Source of the DNA: a virus
Taxonomy: Duplodnaviria; Caudoviricetes
Virus record (IMG/VR): IMGVR_UViG_3300024518_001704
Location: 1 to 25,504 of that record
Strand: one strand, 5' to 3'
Length of the DNA stretch: 25,504 bases
Shown: positions 14,452 through 24,249 of the stretch, piece after piece
Layout: every line of letters begins with the position of its first letter
How positions within the stretch are numbered: position 1 is the stretch's first letter
Position numbers and translations under genes: made by a program
Notes under the pieces: generated by a model
The model's input: the letters and a program-made list of their open reading frames with translations, nothing else
Told to the model about the DNA's origin: nothing
The model's database searches: none

Positions 14452-15198
14452 ATGGCAGTATTTAGCGACACAACGGGAACAAAAGACGGACTAGTACAAA
14501 GATTTGAGTTCTGGACTAGAATGAAAGATGGAGCTGTAACAGGAACACTCCTTAAACAGGTAACATCAAGAATTAACGTAGCGTATGAAAGAATCATGCC
14601 TATCTTGCTGTCTAATAGTGATTACATTAGATGGGATGATAAAGGACATGGAGATAGACCTATTGGAACATTTGATATTGTTTCAGGTCAGTCAGACTAC
14701 ACAATAGCTGTTGATGAAAACAGTTTAGAAATTTTAAACATTACAGCCGTAAGGATTCTTACAAGTGCTACAGCAACAGAATATGAAGATTTAAATAGAT
14801 TTAAGTTAGATGACTCAAGAGTTCTTGATGCTATGAGTCCTAACCCTAGCAGTGCAGGAATACCAGATGGTTATGTAGAGAATGGAAACAGCATATTCTT
14901 TACACCAGAACCTAACTACAGCGTAACAGATGGAGTTAAGATATTCTTCCAAAGAGAACATGACAGATTTGCAAGTACTGACACAACAAAGACATCAGGT
15001 ATACCTAAGATATTTGATGAACTACTTGTATTACACGCAGCAAAGGATTGGACAGCAGTGAATAGAACAAACGATGCTTCTCTTAGAAATGAAATACGTT
15101 TGCAGATAGAAGAGTTGGAGAGGAACTTAAAAAACTTCATAGACATGAGAAATCCAACTGATATAAAAATGACAATGGGTTCAGTTAATCACCGTTAA
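14452..15198 (+). CDS. head-tail adaptor (putative)
   Basis: 248 aa; helical ends around a beta insertion (GQSDYTI...FFTPEPN...GIPKIFDELLVLHAA); position after the capsid gene. Confidence 0.6.
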   Translation: MAVFSDTTGTKDGLVQRFEFWTRMKDGAVTGTLLKQVTSRINVAYERIMPILLSNSDYIRWDDKGHGDRPIGTFDIVSGQSDYTIAVDENSLEILNITAVRILTSATATEYEDLNRFKLDDSRVLDAMSPNPSSAGIPDGYVENGNSIFFTPEPNYSVTDGVKIFFQREHDRFASTDTTKTSGIPKIFDELLVLHAAKDWTAVNRTNDASLRNEIRLQIEELERNLKNFIDMRNPTDIKMTMGSVNHR

Positions 15199-15212
15199 TA
15201 ATTAATAATAAT

Positions 15213-15683
15213 ATGGATAAAAAAGAAATAACATTAAAGGGATTCGCAAGGCTAAGATGCCTAAAAGCAGATGGTTCACTTAAATGGGACACAGGCTTAA
15301 TGCAGAACACAATCACAAACGCAGGACTAGGAATAGTCAGTGGTTTGATTGGTAACACAGGTTCAGAAGTAGCATTTAACTACCTAGCTGTTGGAACTTC
15401 CAGCACAGCAGAATCAGCAGCACATACAGCACTACAAGCTGAGATAACAGACTCAGGTCTTGCCAGAGCTTCAGGAACAATGTCACAAGTAACAACAACA
15501 CAGACAGATGACACACTCCAGGCTTATAAAGAATGGACAGTAACAGGAACAAAGGCAATTGAAGAAGTTGGTCTATTTAATGACGCTTCAGCAGGAACAA
15601 TGTTAGGAAGAAAGCTAACAACAACAAAGTCAGTAGTAAACGGAGAAAAACTCCAAGCAACGTACCAAATAGTAATTAGTTAA
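15213..15683 (+). CDS. tail structural protein resembling tail-fibre/collar attachment domains
   Basis: ITNAGL...YLAVGTSSTA...LQAEI...EEVGLFNDASAGTMLGR pattern. Confidence 0.6.
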   Translation: MDKKEITLKGFARLRCLKADGSLKWDTGLMQNTITNAGLGIVSGLIGNTGSEVAFNYLAVGTSSTAESAAHTALQAEITDSGLARASGTMSQVTTTQTDDTLQAYKEWTVTGTKAIEEVGLFNDASAGTMLGRKLTTTKSVVNGEKLQATYQIVIS

Positions 15684-15686
15684 TAT

Positions 15687-16622
15687 ATGGCAGTAGCATT
15701 TGACGCAGCAACAGACGGAGGAGCATCAGGAACAACAACCAAGACTTTTTCGCATACCTGTACAGGTGCTAGTCGTATTCTTATTGTATACGCACAGATA
15801 ACAGGGTCTTGTAGTGGTGTTACATATAATGCTGTTGCTATGACAAAGATAGGAAGTGAAGTTCTTGACGGAACTTACGGATGGTATGCATCTTTTTGGT
15901 ATTTAGTAGCTCCAGCGACAGGTGCTAACGATGTGGTTATAACTGGTCCAGGTGCTTCAACAGTTGATGGCATTTGTGCATCTTACACAGGAGTAGACCA
16001 AGTTACACCAGTTGATGTAGATGCTGAAAAGATGGATGTCTTTGGAGGAGGAGATTATGCAGCTACCATTTCAGTAACAACAACTAATGCTAATACAATG
16101 GGTGTTTACTTTTGTGAGAACGCAACATCTACAATTACAGGATTTGGTACTGGTCAAACAGAAAGACTAAGAGGTATAGGTTCAAGACAAAGTTACATGG
16201 GTATTTCAGATGAATTATTTGTTTCAGCAGCTTCAAACGCAGCTTCCTTTACAGGTAGTGACGGAAACCACAAAGCTAACTTATTAGTTGCTCTTAACGA
16301 AGTTCAACCTATTACCTTCTCAGTATCAAGTACACTAGGACTAACCAGCACATTTGATTCAGCTTGGGTATTACAATACTTCTCTGTTTCATCTGCACTA
16401 GGACTAGCAAGTACACTTTCAAGTGCGATTAGAGTAGCAGTATCATCAGTATCATCAGCACTAGGACTAACAAGTCTTCTTAATAGATTCAAAGGGACTT
16501 TTCAAAATATAACAAACCAAACAAAGAACTCAGATACAATTACTAATAAGACTATAGGGTCTGTATCAGCTATGAACAACGACACAAAGAACTCAACAAC
16601 AATAACTAACGAAGATATATAA
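15687..16622 (+). CDS. virion fibre/decoration protein with C-terminal repeats, 311 aa
   Basis: Gly/Ser/Thr-rich beta domain followed by 3 x 21-aa repeats SVSS[TA]LGL[TA]S. Confidence 0.65.
   Translation: MAVAFDAATDGGASGTTTKTFSHTCTGASRILIVYAQITGSCSGVTYNAVAMTKIGSEVLDGTYGWYASFWYLVAPATGANDVVITGPGASTVDGICASYTGVDQVTPVDVDAEKMDVFGGGDYAATISVTTTNANTMGVYFCENATSTITGFGTGQTERLRGIGSRQSYMGISDELFVSAASNAASFTGSDGNHKANLLVALNEVQPITFSVSSTLGLTSTFDSAWVLQYFSVSSALGLASTLSSAIRVAVSSVSSALGLTSLLNRFKGTFQNITNQTKNSDTITNKTIGSVSAMNNDTKNSTTITNEDI
16320..16480 (+). repeat. three 63-bp-period coding repeats with core CACTAGGACTA (16333, 16396, 16459)
   Basis: Read directly. Confidence 0.85.
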
Positions 16623-16623
16623 T

Positions 16624-18144
16624 ATGCCAACAGTAGCAATAAATAAATGGAGTGATGGAATGGTAAATGACCCACGTAATACACGTGAAGGAGTTTGTCG
16701 TTTCTCTCAAGGTTTTGACGCCTTAACGAATCCACATAAACTAACACCTTATAGAAGTTCTATTGATGGAGATACTTCTTCTACAACCAGTAAGAAAGCC
16801 AATTTTGCTATGGCACTAGACGGAAGTGGAAACTACAATGTATACGGATTAGGTGTTGTGAGTGGGTCAGGTAAAGCAGAAGTTCTATCTAAAGCAATAA
16901 CAGACAATTCAACAAACGACCTAAGTGACGGTACTTGGGCAGCACCAAGTAATAATGCTTCTTCAACTGGAACTTCCAGTATGGATTTGTTTACTTATTA
17001 CGCAAAAACAGGACTTATCTACGGAGCTAGAGGAGGTAACTTAATATGGGCTTTCAGTCCAACAGGTACTGCTTGGGATGATGATGTGGAATCAGCAGGA
17101 GGTGAAGACCTTAATGGATGGACTTACACAAACATTGCAGAAGGACTTGTTCATTCTAAGGACGATATTCTTTACGTTCCTTACGACAATAAGATAATGT
17201 CCAACAATAATGGAACTTGGGTACAGGGAGTAATTACTATCCCTTCACACTTCAAGATTACTTCAATAGCTGAATACGGAAACTTCATAGCGATAGCAGC
17301 AGCACCTCTTTCAGGATTTGGGAAAGCAGTTGTTTATCTTTGGAATAGAGATGACTCACTTACAACTCTTTCAGAGAGTATTCAATGGGGAGATGGACAG
17401 CTAAAGATAATCGCTGAGGTAGATGGACAACTTGTTGGAGCTTCAATAGGAACAACAAGGTTTGAACCGAGAATAACATTTAGATACTTAATTGGTAACA
17501 GAGCTAGAAAGTTCTTAGAGATAACATCAGATGATGCTGGACTGGAAGAACTAAATAGTGGAAAGCAAATAACTGACAACAGACTTTACTTTATGATGGG
17601 TGTTACGCTAGATGGAACAATACGGCAGGGAGTATGGAGTATCGGGTGGGATGATGACGCAGCAACCTTTACTCTCCAAATGGAAAATACGTGTGAGAAT
17701 GATACAGCCATTAGTGCTTCAAGCGTAGCTTTACTAGCATTTATGAAAGTAGGAAGTTACACATTCCAAGCATATAAAGACGTAACACCTAACAACGCAG
17801 TTTCACTTACAAGCAGTTCAGCAACTTATTCTTCAACAGCTAGGAGAGATACAACTATCAATCCGAATATGACAGAAGCAGACAGAAGTAAGGAAAAACA
17901 ACTTAAATCAATCTCAATTAACGCTTCAGCAGCTAATGTTCAGGTATACTATAGGGTAGATGCAGGAAGTTGGGTAAGTATTATTACCACTCCAGCATCT
18001 GGAGTTACAGAAGCAGTTATTGATTCAAATGGAGACCAGTTCGCTTCAGGAAGAGAATACGAATTTAAGATAGAAAGCATAACTTCAGGTGGAGAGGTTA
18101 TAGAGCTTAAATATAGTTACGACTTACAAGATTCACAAATTTAA
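16624..18144 (+). CDS. tail nozzle/hub-like beta-propeller protein (putative P22 gp10/T7 gp12 analogue)
   Basis: 506 aa, beta-strand and Trp/Gly-rich, located before the ejection-protein genes. Confidence 0.55.
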   Translation: MPTVAINKWSDGMVNDPRNTREGVCRFSQGFDALTNPHKLTPYRSSIDGDTSSTTSKKANFAMALDGSGNYNVYGLGVVSGSGKAEVLSKAITDNSTNDLSDGTWAAPSNNASSTGTSSMDLFTYYAKTGLIYGARGGNLIWAFSPTGTAWDDDVESAGGEDLNGWTYTNIAEGLVHSKDDILYVPYDNKIMSNNNGTWVQGVITIPSHFKITSIAEYGNFIAIAAAPLSGFGKAVVYLWNRDDSLTTLSESIQWGDGQLKIIAEVDGQLVGASIGTTRFEPRITFRYLIGNRARKFLEITSDDAGLEELNSGKQITDNRLYFMMGVTLDGTIRQGVWSIGWDDDAATFTLQMENTCENDTAISASSVALLAFMKVGSYTFQAYKDVTPNNAVSLTSSSATYSSTARRDTTINPNMTEADRSKEKQLKSISINASAANVQVYYRVDAGSWVSIITTPASGVTEAVIDSNGDQFASGREYEFKIESITSGGEVIELKYSYDLQDSQI

Positions 18145-18145
18145 T

Positions 18146-18457
18146 ATGACACCAGAAGAACAAGAAAGATTAAAAAAGATAGAGAAGACACTAGAATTAC
18201 TAGTGAAATCTGACCGATATACTTTCCAGAGGGACTTAGAGTTCTTTGACGGAAGAGGTATTCAGTTCGCTACAGCTACTGGTGGCTATATAGGAAGAGA
18301 AGCAGACCAGAAGATAGGGTTCTGGGGGAAGACACCAATCATTCAACCCACAGCACCAGCACTTCCGTCAGGAGGTTCGGTGATAGACACACAGGCAAGG
18401 GCATGGATTACAAATGCACATAACCAGCACACCAACTTAGGGCTTTGGTTCGTTTAA
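18146..18457 (+). CDS. small virion protein (needle/fibre-like), 103 aa
   Basis: N-terminal coiled coil; IGFWGKTPIIQP...IDTQAR...NLGL C-terminal pattern typical of short phage fibres. Confidence 0.55.
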   Translation: MTPEEQERLKKIEKTLELLVKSDRYTFQRDLEFFDGRGIQFATATGGYIGREADQKIGFWGKTPIIQPTAPALPSGGSVIDTQARAWITNAHNQHTNLGLWFV

Positions 18458-18475
18458 TAGAATAAAATTATTATT

Positions 18476-19729
18476 ATGGCAGTAGATTTACAAAACTTCA
18501 CAAAGGAACAAGAACAACTCTTCAACAGAGCGAACGCTTTGGGTACAGGTGTTGATACGGTCAACTCGCAGATATTTCAGGAGAACACGATTGACCTTGA
18601 GAGTTCACCTACTGTGAATGTTGGGTCTACGCCGCCACTTACTGAAGACACCCTAACTGGTGAACAAGAAAAAGCTCAGGAGGAGGACACGAGAATCCAA
18701 GACCTGACCAATCAACTACTTGGTGAAAGTGAGTTTACAACTGGACAAGAAACCGAACAGGATATTTCAGGGAAAGAAGCTCTGACAACAAGCCTAAGAA
18801 ATCAAATGAAAGCACTTGGTTTAGAGTCAGAAGACTTAGGACTACAAGTTGGTGAAGCAGCACAAGCTGTTCAAGAGAATGTAGCAGGACGAGGTGTTAC
18901 CGCAGGAGGAGCAGCACCACTTACAGCTTCAGCTCAAAGAAAAGTAAATCTTAAACGAGCAGGAGTTCGTTCACAAATGTTAATAGTACAAGGACAGTTA
19001 TATGCAGCAGAAGGAGACTTAGCATCAGCACAGAAAGCAGTTGATGACGCAGTATCTCAGAAGTATGACCCTATTAAAGAAGAGCTAGAAATTAAACTAG
19101 CTAACTACGACAGAATTATTAACTCACCGAAAGCCAATTTAGAAGAAAAGAATCAAGCTAGAAAACTGGCGGAATTAGACAGAATAAGATTAGAAAAGAT
19201 AGGAGAGACAGCAAACTTAGATACAGCAGTTAAAAACGTAGGAATAGAAGCAGCATCTCTAGGTGCAGACGCAGTATTACTTAAAGCAATAGATAACGCA
19301 GTAGATGAAGATGGAAACCCTGACCCAATAGAAGCAGAGAGACTTCTTGCAGAATCAGGACTTGTTTCACAGAAAGGAGACTTTACTACGAGTCAAACAC
19401 AGAAATTAGAACAAGCAGGTTTACTTAACTCTTCTAGGCAAGAACAACTAGACTTCCTATATGGTGGTGGGGGTTCTTCAACAAAATTAAATGAACGGGT
19501 TAAGGGAATGTTTGCACAAGATTTTGCCAACCAAATTATTTTTGAGTTTAACAATGAAGAATTAACAGAGTTTATAAGAGACTTCCAAGCAGTCCAAGAT
19601 GAATTACAAATAAACCTAGAGCCAAAAGAGTTCTTAAAAGAATGGAAGAAGGAGGTAGGAATAAGTGGTTCTAGTTCAAAAAAAACAACAGAAAGGAAAA
19701 TAGGAATTGAGAAGAAAGACGAAGATTAA
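18476..19729 (+). CDS. putative internal virion/ejection protein, 417 aa
   Basis: Helical, Ala/Gln/Glu-rich, AGRGVT motif, no Cys; precedes the giant ORF. Confidence 0.55.
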   Translation: MAVDLQNFTKEQEQLFNRANALGTGVDTVNSQIFQENTIDLESSPTVNVGSTPPLTEDTLTGEQEKAQEEDTRIQDLTNQLLGESEFTTGQETEQDISGKEALTTSLRNQMKALGLESEDLGLQVGEAAQAVQENVAGRGVTAGGAAPLTASAQRKVNLKRAGVRSQMLIVQGQLYAAEGDLASAQKAVDDAVSQKYDPIKEELEIKLANYDRIINSPKANLEEKNQARKLAELDRIRLEKIGETANLDTAVKNVGIEAASLGADAVLLKAIDNAVDEDGNPDPIEAERLLAESGLVSQKGDFTTSQTQKLEQAGLLNSSRQEQLDFLYGGGGSSTKLNERVKGMFAQDFANQIIFEFNNEELTEFIRDFQAVQDELQINLEPKEFLKEWKKEVGISGSSSKKTTERKIGIEKKDED

Positions 19730-19737
19730 CATAAAAT

Positions 19738-22700
19738 ATGAGTTTTTTAGGAGATGCAATAAAAAAAGTAAGAGGAGAAACTTCAACATCTGTTAGAGCA
19801 GAACCTTTACGAGAGTCTATTAGACGTGCTAGAGGAGGAAGAACTCAGGTTATAACGAAAACACCTGAGAAGACTGGTATTGCTGGTCTTGCTGGATTTT
19901 TTGATAAAGCACCAGAACCACTAAAAAAGATTGGTTCTTTTTTGAAGGAAGGAGCATTTGGTAGAGGACAAGAAGTAGATTTATCTGGAAGATTACATTT
20001 TGGTGATGGAGCTTTAACATTTCTAAGACCATTTGGTTTAGGTAAAACAAAAGAAGAAAAAGTTTCAGACAGAATTGATTTAACAAGACCTTTAGTTGAG
20101 AAAGGAATAATAACACAAGAAAGAGCAGATGAAATTGCTAGAAGTGTTTTAGAACCGACAGCTCCACGTGAAAGGATTGAAGCTGGAAAACCAATAGTAA
20201 AAGAGAAGTTTGCTCTAACAGATGTTGAGAAGAGAGCATTAAGACCAGTGCGTATTGAAGAAACTTTGGACAAAGTATTCGGAGCTATAGACCTTGTTTC
20301 TTTGGGAACACTTAAACCTATTACAAGAGGAGCAGCAGAAAGAATAGCTAAGAGTAAAGTTACAAATGACATAATAGATATTCTTGCAAAGGAATTACCA
20401 GAACTGAAAGAAGAAGCTAGAAGTGTTTTTAGTAAAATTTTAGTAAATATAGACGAAACTGATGATGTTCAAACAGTCCTTAATAGGACAGAGTTAATTT
20501 TAAAAGAAGCTAAAAATGCTGGAGCAGTTAAGAACAAGTCACTATCACTAGGAGATGCAATAAAGAAAGCGAGAAGTGAAGCAGGTAGTAAGCCAGTCTC
20601 TTTAAAAACAGCTATCAGAACAGCAGGAACTCAAGTAGAACCAACTGTAACTGCAAAAGTAGCAGATGATTTAGTAAAAGCAGCAGACGGGTTACCAGTT
20701 ACAAAGACTGGGAATAACTTTGAAGAAGTTCTAAAGAAAACTAAAACAGGTGGAACAAAACCTTCTACCGTAACACGAACCCTAGTAGAAGAAGCTAAGA
20801 ATTTTAATACTGTTGAGGAGTTTGTTAAGAAGCAGATTCCAGAGGTAGACGATTTTGTAAAAGTAAGAAATTGGATAGCAAAAGAAGAAAAATTAGTAAC
20901 AACAAAAACTGGAAAATCAGTAGTTGGAAGAGAACCTCTTAAAGAGGTATCACTTAAAATCCAAAAAGGAGATGTGCCAGATGATATTTTGGAAGCTATG
21001 AGAGAAACTCTACCTAGACAAACACTTGATAGAGAAACAGGAGAGATTTTCAAGTTTGGAGATTCTGAATATCCAAGAACAGGGACATTGTTAGATTTCC
21101 AACAAAGTTTTGATGATGTGATGCAAAAAAATGCTCAACTAACAGACATCTTCAATCAAGCTAAGAAGGCAGGCGTAAAACCTCAAACTCAAACTAAAAC
21201 TGTTGCGGAAGCTTCTGCTGAGGAAGGATTCGTAGCAAAGAAAACTGTAGCAGAGGGTGTAGAGGTAGAAGCTTTGTCTGGAACAGCATCATTTGATAAG
21301 AAGACCGCAGAAAACTTTAGACATAATCCAAGCAAAACTCCTCCCTATGTTGCTATGAGGATAAACGATAATGGAGCTAAAGTTCCTGCTATAAGAGAGA
21401 GTGGTGTCTTTGCACCAAAGGACTTTGAAACATTTAACTTTACAGACTTAAAAGGAATACTTGGTAAATACGGAATAAACATAAAAATTGGAGAGAGAAA
21501 GTTAAACCTGTCAGAACAAAGTTTTAACCTTAGAGATGCTTCTCTTTCATTTGATAATGTAACAGGACCACAAGCAGCAAAAGAAAAGAACTGGGGTCCG
21601 ATGGTAGAACAACAGTATGAAACCAGAGGAGCTGAAGCAGAAGGATTAGCATATGCAACAAAGAAAGGAGGACATGTAAAAACTCTAGCAGATGAAGCTG
21701 GGGTTAAAATAACTGATGAAACAGGAGAGGAACTTCTAAAAGCTTTAGAAGGGGAAGGTACTCCTAAGATGTTGAAACTAGCTGGGAAGATTAGAGATGA
21801 AATATTGAATCCTGTAAGAGAAGATGCCAATGTAGTTCGGAAAGCTCTTGGGAAGAAGGAGATAGGGTTTGTTGAAGATTATGCTCCACGCTTAAAAGCG
21901 GTGCACTTTTGGAGAGACCTACTAACATCACAGAAGACAGATATTGATGGAAACTTTGACTTTATAACACCAAACGCAAAAAGAAACCCACATGCTATCC
22001 CAAGACAGGGAGGGCTTGTTGATAGAGAGAAAAACGCTTGGAAGTTGATTAGTTCTTATGTTGAGAGTATGTCCAATGATATTTTTATTGCTCCACAGAT
22101 TGAAAAACTGAAAGCGATTGATTCAGTTATTGCTCGGAAAAATCCAAAGATGTCTAAGTTTTTAAATACATTTATAAGAGAGAACTTAATAGGAAAATCA
22201 GCAGGAATTGATAACATGCTTGGAATCAGAGCTGGAACCAAGAGAAGAGCAGTTTTAAATAAAATCGTAATGGCGAGAAACGTAGGGGTTCTTTCAGGAA
22301 ACTTAGTGTTCGTAACAGTTGTGCAACCTGCTTCAACTCTAGGAATGACAATGCCGAGAGCTGGAGGTGTTACAAGAGGATTCCAAAACATGCTTGGAGG
22401 GATGCTAGACTTTGCAACAAATAAAGAACTCAAGAAACAGATAAAAGAACTTCCTGTATTTGTATCTAAAACACAAGGAGCAAGTATTGGAATGACTGGG
22501 GCTGGAGATGTAGACAGAATGGCAAACAAGATTCAACGAGGAAAGATTGAAAAGTTTAGTGATTTCGTATCACAAGTAACAGATGCTATGGAATACTGGC
22601 TAACTGGTTCTGCAATAGGAGCAGGATATAGAGAAGCCAAAGCTCTTGGATTAAAAGGTAAAAATGCAGACATATTTGCTGATTGGATGGGAGGTGCTAC

Positions 22701-24177
22701 TCAATCAGAATATAACAAACTCGGAAGACCTTTGATGTTGAATGACTTAACTACAAGAACACTATTTCCATTTTCTACATTTACTTTTGAACTGTACAGA
22801 TTTGTAAAAACACTTGCAGGTAAACAAGGTGGTATGCCGTTAGAGAAGTCTCAAAGAGTAAGCCAAGCAATAATGTTAGTTACAGGAATTTGGATGTATA
22901 ACCAATACTCAGAAAAGGCAACAGGTAGAACTCTGACTTCATGGGGAGCTGCGATACCTCTAGTTGGTAACGCAGTTGAAGGACAGGTAGATAAGGTTGT
23001 GAACTCAATGGGATTTGAAACAAAAGACAAAGGAAGTGGACGTGCTCCAGTAGCTCCAGCAGAAGATTTGATAAACTTTTATGAAGGTTTGGACCATTTT
23101 GTAAATGATAATAATATACATCCACTAAGAAAAGAACTACTGAAATGGAGTATGGGATTCGCTGGTATTGCAGGTGCAGCAACAGCAAACAGATTTATAG
23201 ATGGAATGATTGCAAATACACAAGGATTCCAGAAGACTAAGGGAGGAGATTTTGCTTTCCTAGTTGAAGGAACAGATAAGATAATTGCTCCGATGATGGG
23301 TCCATATAGTACAAGTGCTGGTAAAGCATATATAGATGAGATAACCGAATCAAACAACAAAAAAGCATCAATGATGCCTGTATATAAAGAAGCTAATAAG
23401 TTAAGAGACCAAGGGTACGAAGAGGAAGCACAATCTATTGTAGATGGCTTAACTGATAACGAGTATTATGCATACAATTTGATTACCCAGGAGGAAGAAG
23501 CAAAAAGAATAATGTTTTTGAAAAGCGATGTGTTCCCTATCTATAAGGAAGCAGAGAAATTCGTTAATGCAGGGCAGGAAAGTAAGGCACAAGAGTTAGT
23601 TGATGGCTTAACTGATGACGAGTATAAGGCATATAATCAAATTCTAGATGATGTGAAACGTAGAGAAGATGCTAAAAATGGAAAGAAACCTAAATACTTT
23701 AGAGCAGAAGACCAAGAAAACTCAGTATATGTTATTGAAGGAGATATTATAAAAACAATAGGAGTTTATGCAGATGCAATAAAAGTGAGTCCGATAGAAG
23801 CATTTAAGTTAATCTTTAAGGGAGAAAAACTAAGAAGATTAGATAATGGAACAATCATTGTAAAGAGAATAGTATCAGTTGACCTTGATTTTGACGATAC
23901 AAGAAATAGTGAACAGATAAGGAAGCAGTTAGCGAAAGGAAGGGATTTGGATGAACTACGACTAGACCATACAGTTTCACTTCAATTAGGAGGGAACAAC
24001 TCTGATGAAAATTTACAACTTATACCTATAGGTATATGGCGAACTTATACACCTATAGAGAATCACTTAGGTGAGCTATTAAGAAATGGTAAAATAAAAG
24101 GAGACGAAGCACAACGCTTAATTACCGAGTTTAAAGAGGGTAGAACAACAGCAGTAGAAATTTTAGAAATGAAATAA
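19738..24177 (+). CDS. large internal virion/ejection protein with a C-terminal HNH-like domain, 1479 aa
   Basis: Size and position typical of podovirus ejection proteins; C-terminal LDHTVSLQLGGNNSDENLQ motif; internal repeats. Confidence 0.7.
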   Translation: MSFLGDAIKKVRGETSTSVRAEPLRESIRRARGGRTQVITKTPEKTGIAGLAGFFDKAPEPLKKIGSFLKEGAFGRGQEVDLSGRLHFGDGALTFLRPFGLGKTKEEKVSDRIDLTRPLVEKGIITQERADEIARSVLEPTAPRERIEAGKPIVKEKFALTDVEKRALRPVRIEETLDKVFGAIDLVSLGTLKPITRGAAERIAKSKVTNDIIDILAKELPELKEEARSVFSKILVNIDETDDVQTVLNRTELILKEAKNAGAVKNKSLSLGDAIKKARSEAGSKPVSLKTAIRTAGTQVEPTVTAKVADDLVKAADGLPVTKTGNNFEEVLKKTKTGGTKPSTVTRTLVEEAKNFNTVEEFVKKQIPEVDDFVKVRNWIAKEEKLVTTKTGKSVVGREPLKEVSLKIQKGDVPDDILEAMRETLPRQTLDRETGEIFKFGDSEYPRTGTLLDFQQSFDDVMQKNAQLTDIFNQAKKAGVKPQTQTKTVAEASAEEGFVAKKTVAEGVEVEALSGTASFDKKTAENFRHNPSKTPPYVAMRINDNGAKVPAIRESGVFAPKDFETFNFTDLKGILGKYGINIKIGERKLNLSEQSFNLRDASLSFDNVTGPQAAKEKNWGPMVEQQYETRGAEAEGLAYATKKGGHVKTLADEAGVKITDETGEELLKALEGEGTPKMLKLAGKIRDEILNPVREDANVVRKALGKKEIGFVEDYAPRLKAVHFWRDLLTSQKTDIDGNFDFITPNAKRNPHAIPRQGGLVDREKNAWKLISSYVESMSNDIFIAPQIEKLKAIDSVIARKNPKMSKFLNTFIRENLIGKSAGIDNMLGIRAGTKRRAVLNKIVMARNVGVLSGNLVFVTVVQPASTLGMTMPRAGGVTRGFQNMLGGMLDFATNKELKKQIKELPVFVSKTQGASIGMTGAGDVDRMANKIQRGKIEKFSDFVSQVTDAMEYWLTGSAIGAGYREAKALGLKGKNADIFADWMGGATQSEYNKLGRPLMLNDLTTRTLFPFSTFTFELYRFVKTLAGKQGGMPLEKSQRVSQAIMLVTGIWMYNQYSEKATGRTLTSWGAAIPLVGNAVEGQVDKVVNSMGFETKDKGSGRAPVAPAEDLINFYEGLDHFVNDNNIHPLRKELLKWSMGFAGIAGAATANRFIDGMIANTQGFQKTKGGDFAFLVEGTDKIIAPMMGPYSTSAGKAYIDEITESNNKKASMMPVYKEANKLRDQGYEEEAQSIVDGLTDNEYYAYNLITQEEEAKRIMFLKSDVFPIYKEAEKFVNAGQESKAQELVDGLTDDEYKAYNQILDDVKRREDAKNGKKPKYFRAEDQENSVYVIEGDIIKTIGVYADAIKVSPIEAFKLIFKGEKLRRLDNGTIIVKRIVSVDLDFDDTRNSEQIRKQLAKGRDLDELRLDHTVSLQLGGNNSDENLQLIPIGIWRTYTPIENHLGELLRNGKIKGDEAQRLITEFKEGRTTAVEILEMK

Positions 24178-24181
24178 TAAT

Positions 24182-24235
24182 ATGGAAAATAACGATATAT
24201 TTGAAGAAATCACAGAGTTAATTACGACAAGTTAA
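24182..24235 (+). CDS. possible 17-aa peptide (MENNDIFEEITELITTS)
   Basis: TAATAATATG context identical to real starts, but very short. Confidence 0.3.
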   Translation: MENNDIFEEITELITTS

Positions 24236-24249
24236 TAGCATTAATAGCA

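Noticed and set aside
23940-24177. Intein or free-standing homing endonuclease
   Set aside because: No intein splice motifs (Cys/Ser start, His-Asn end); the HNH-like segment is an in-frame terminal domain
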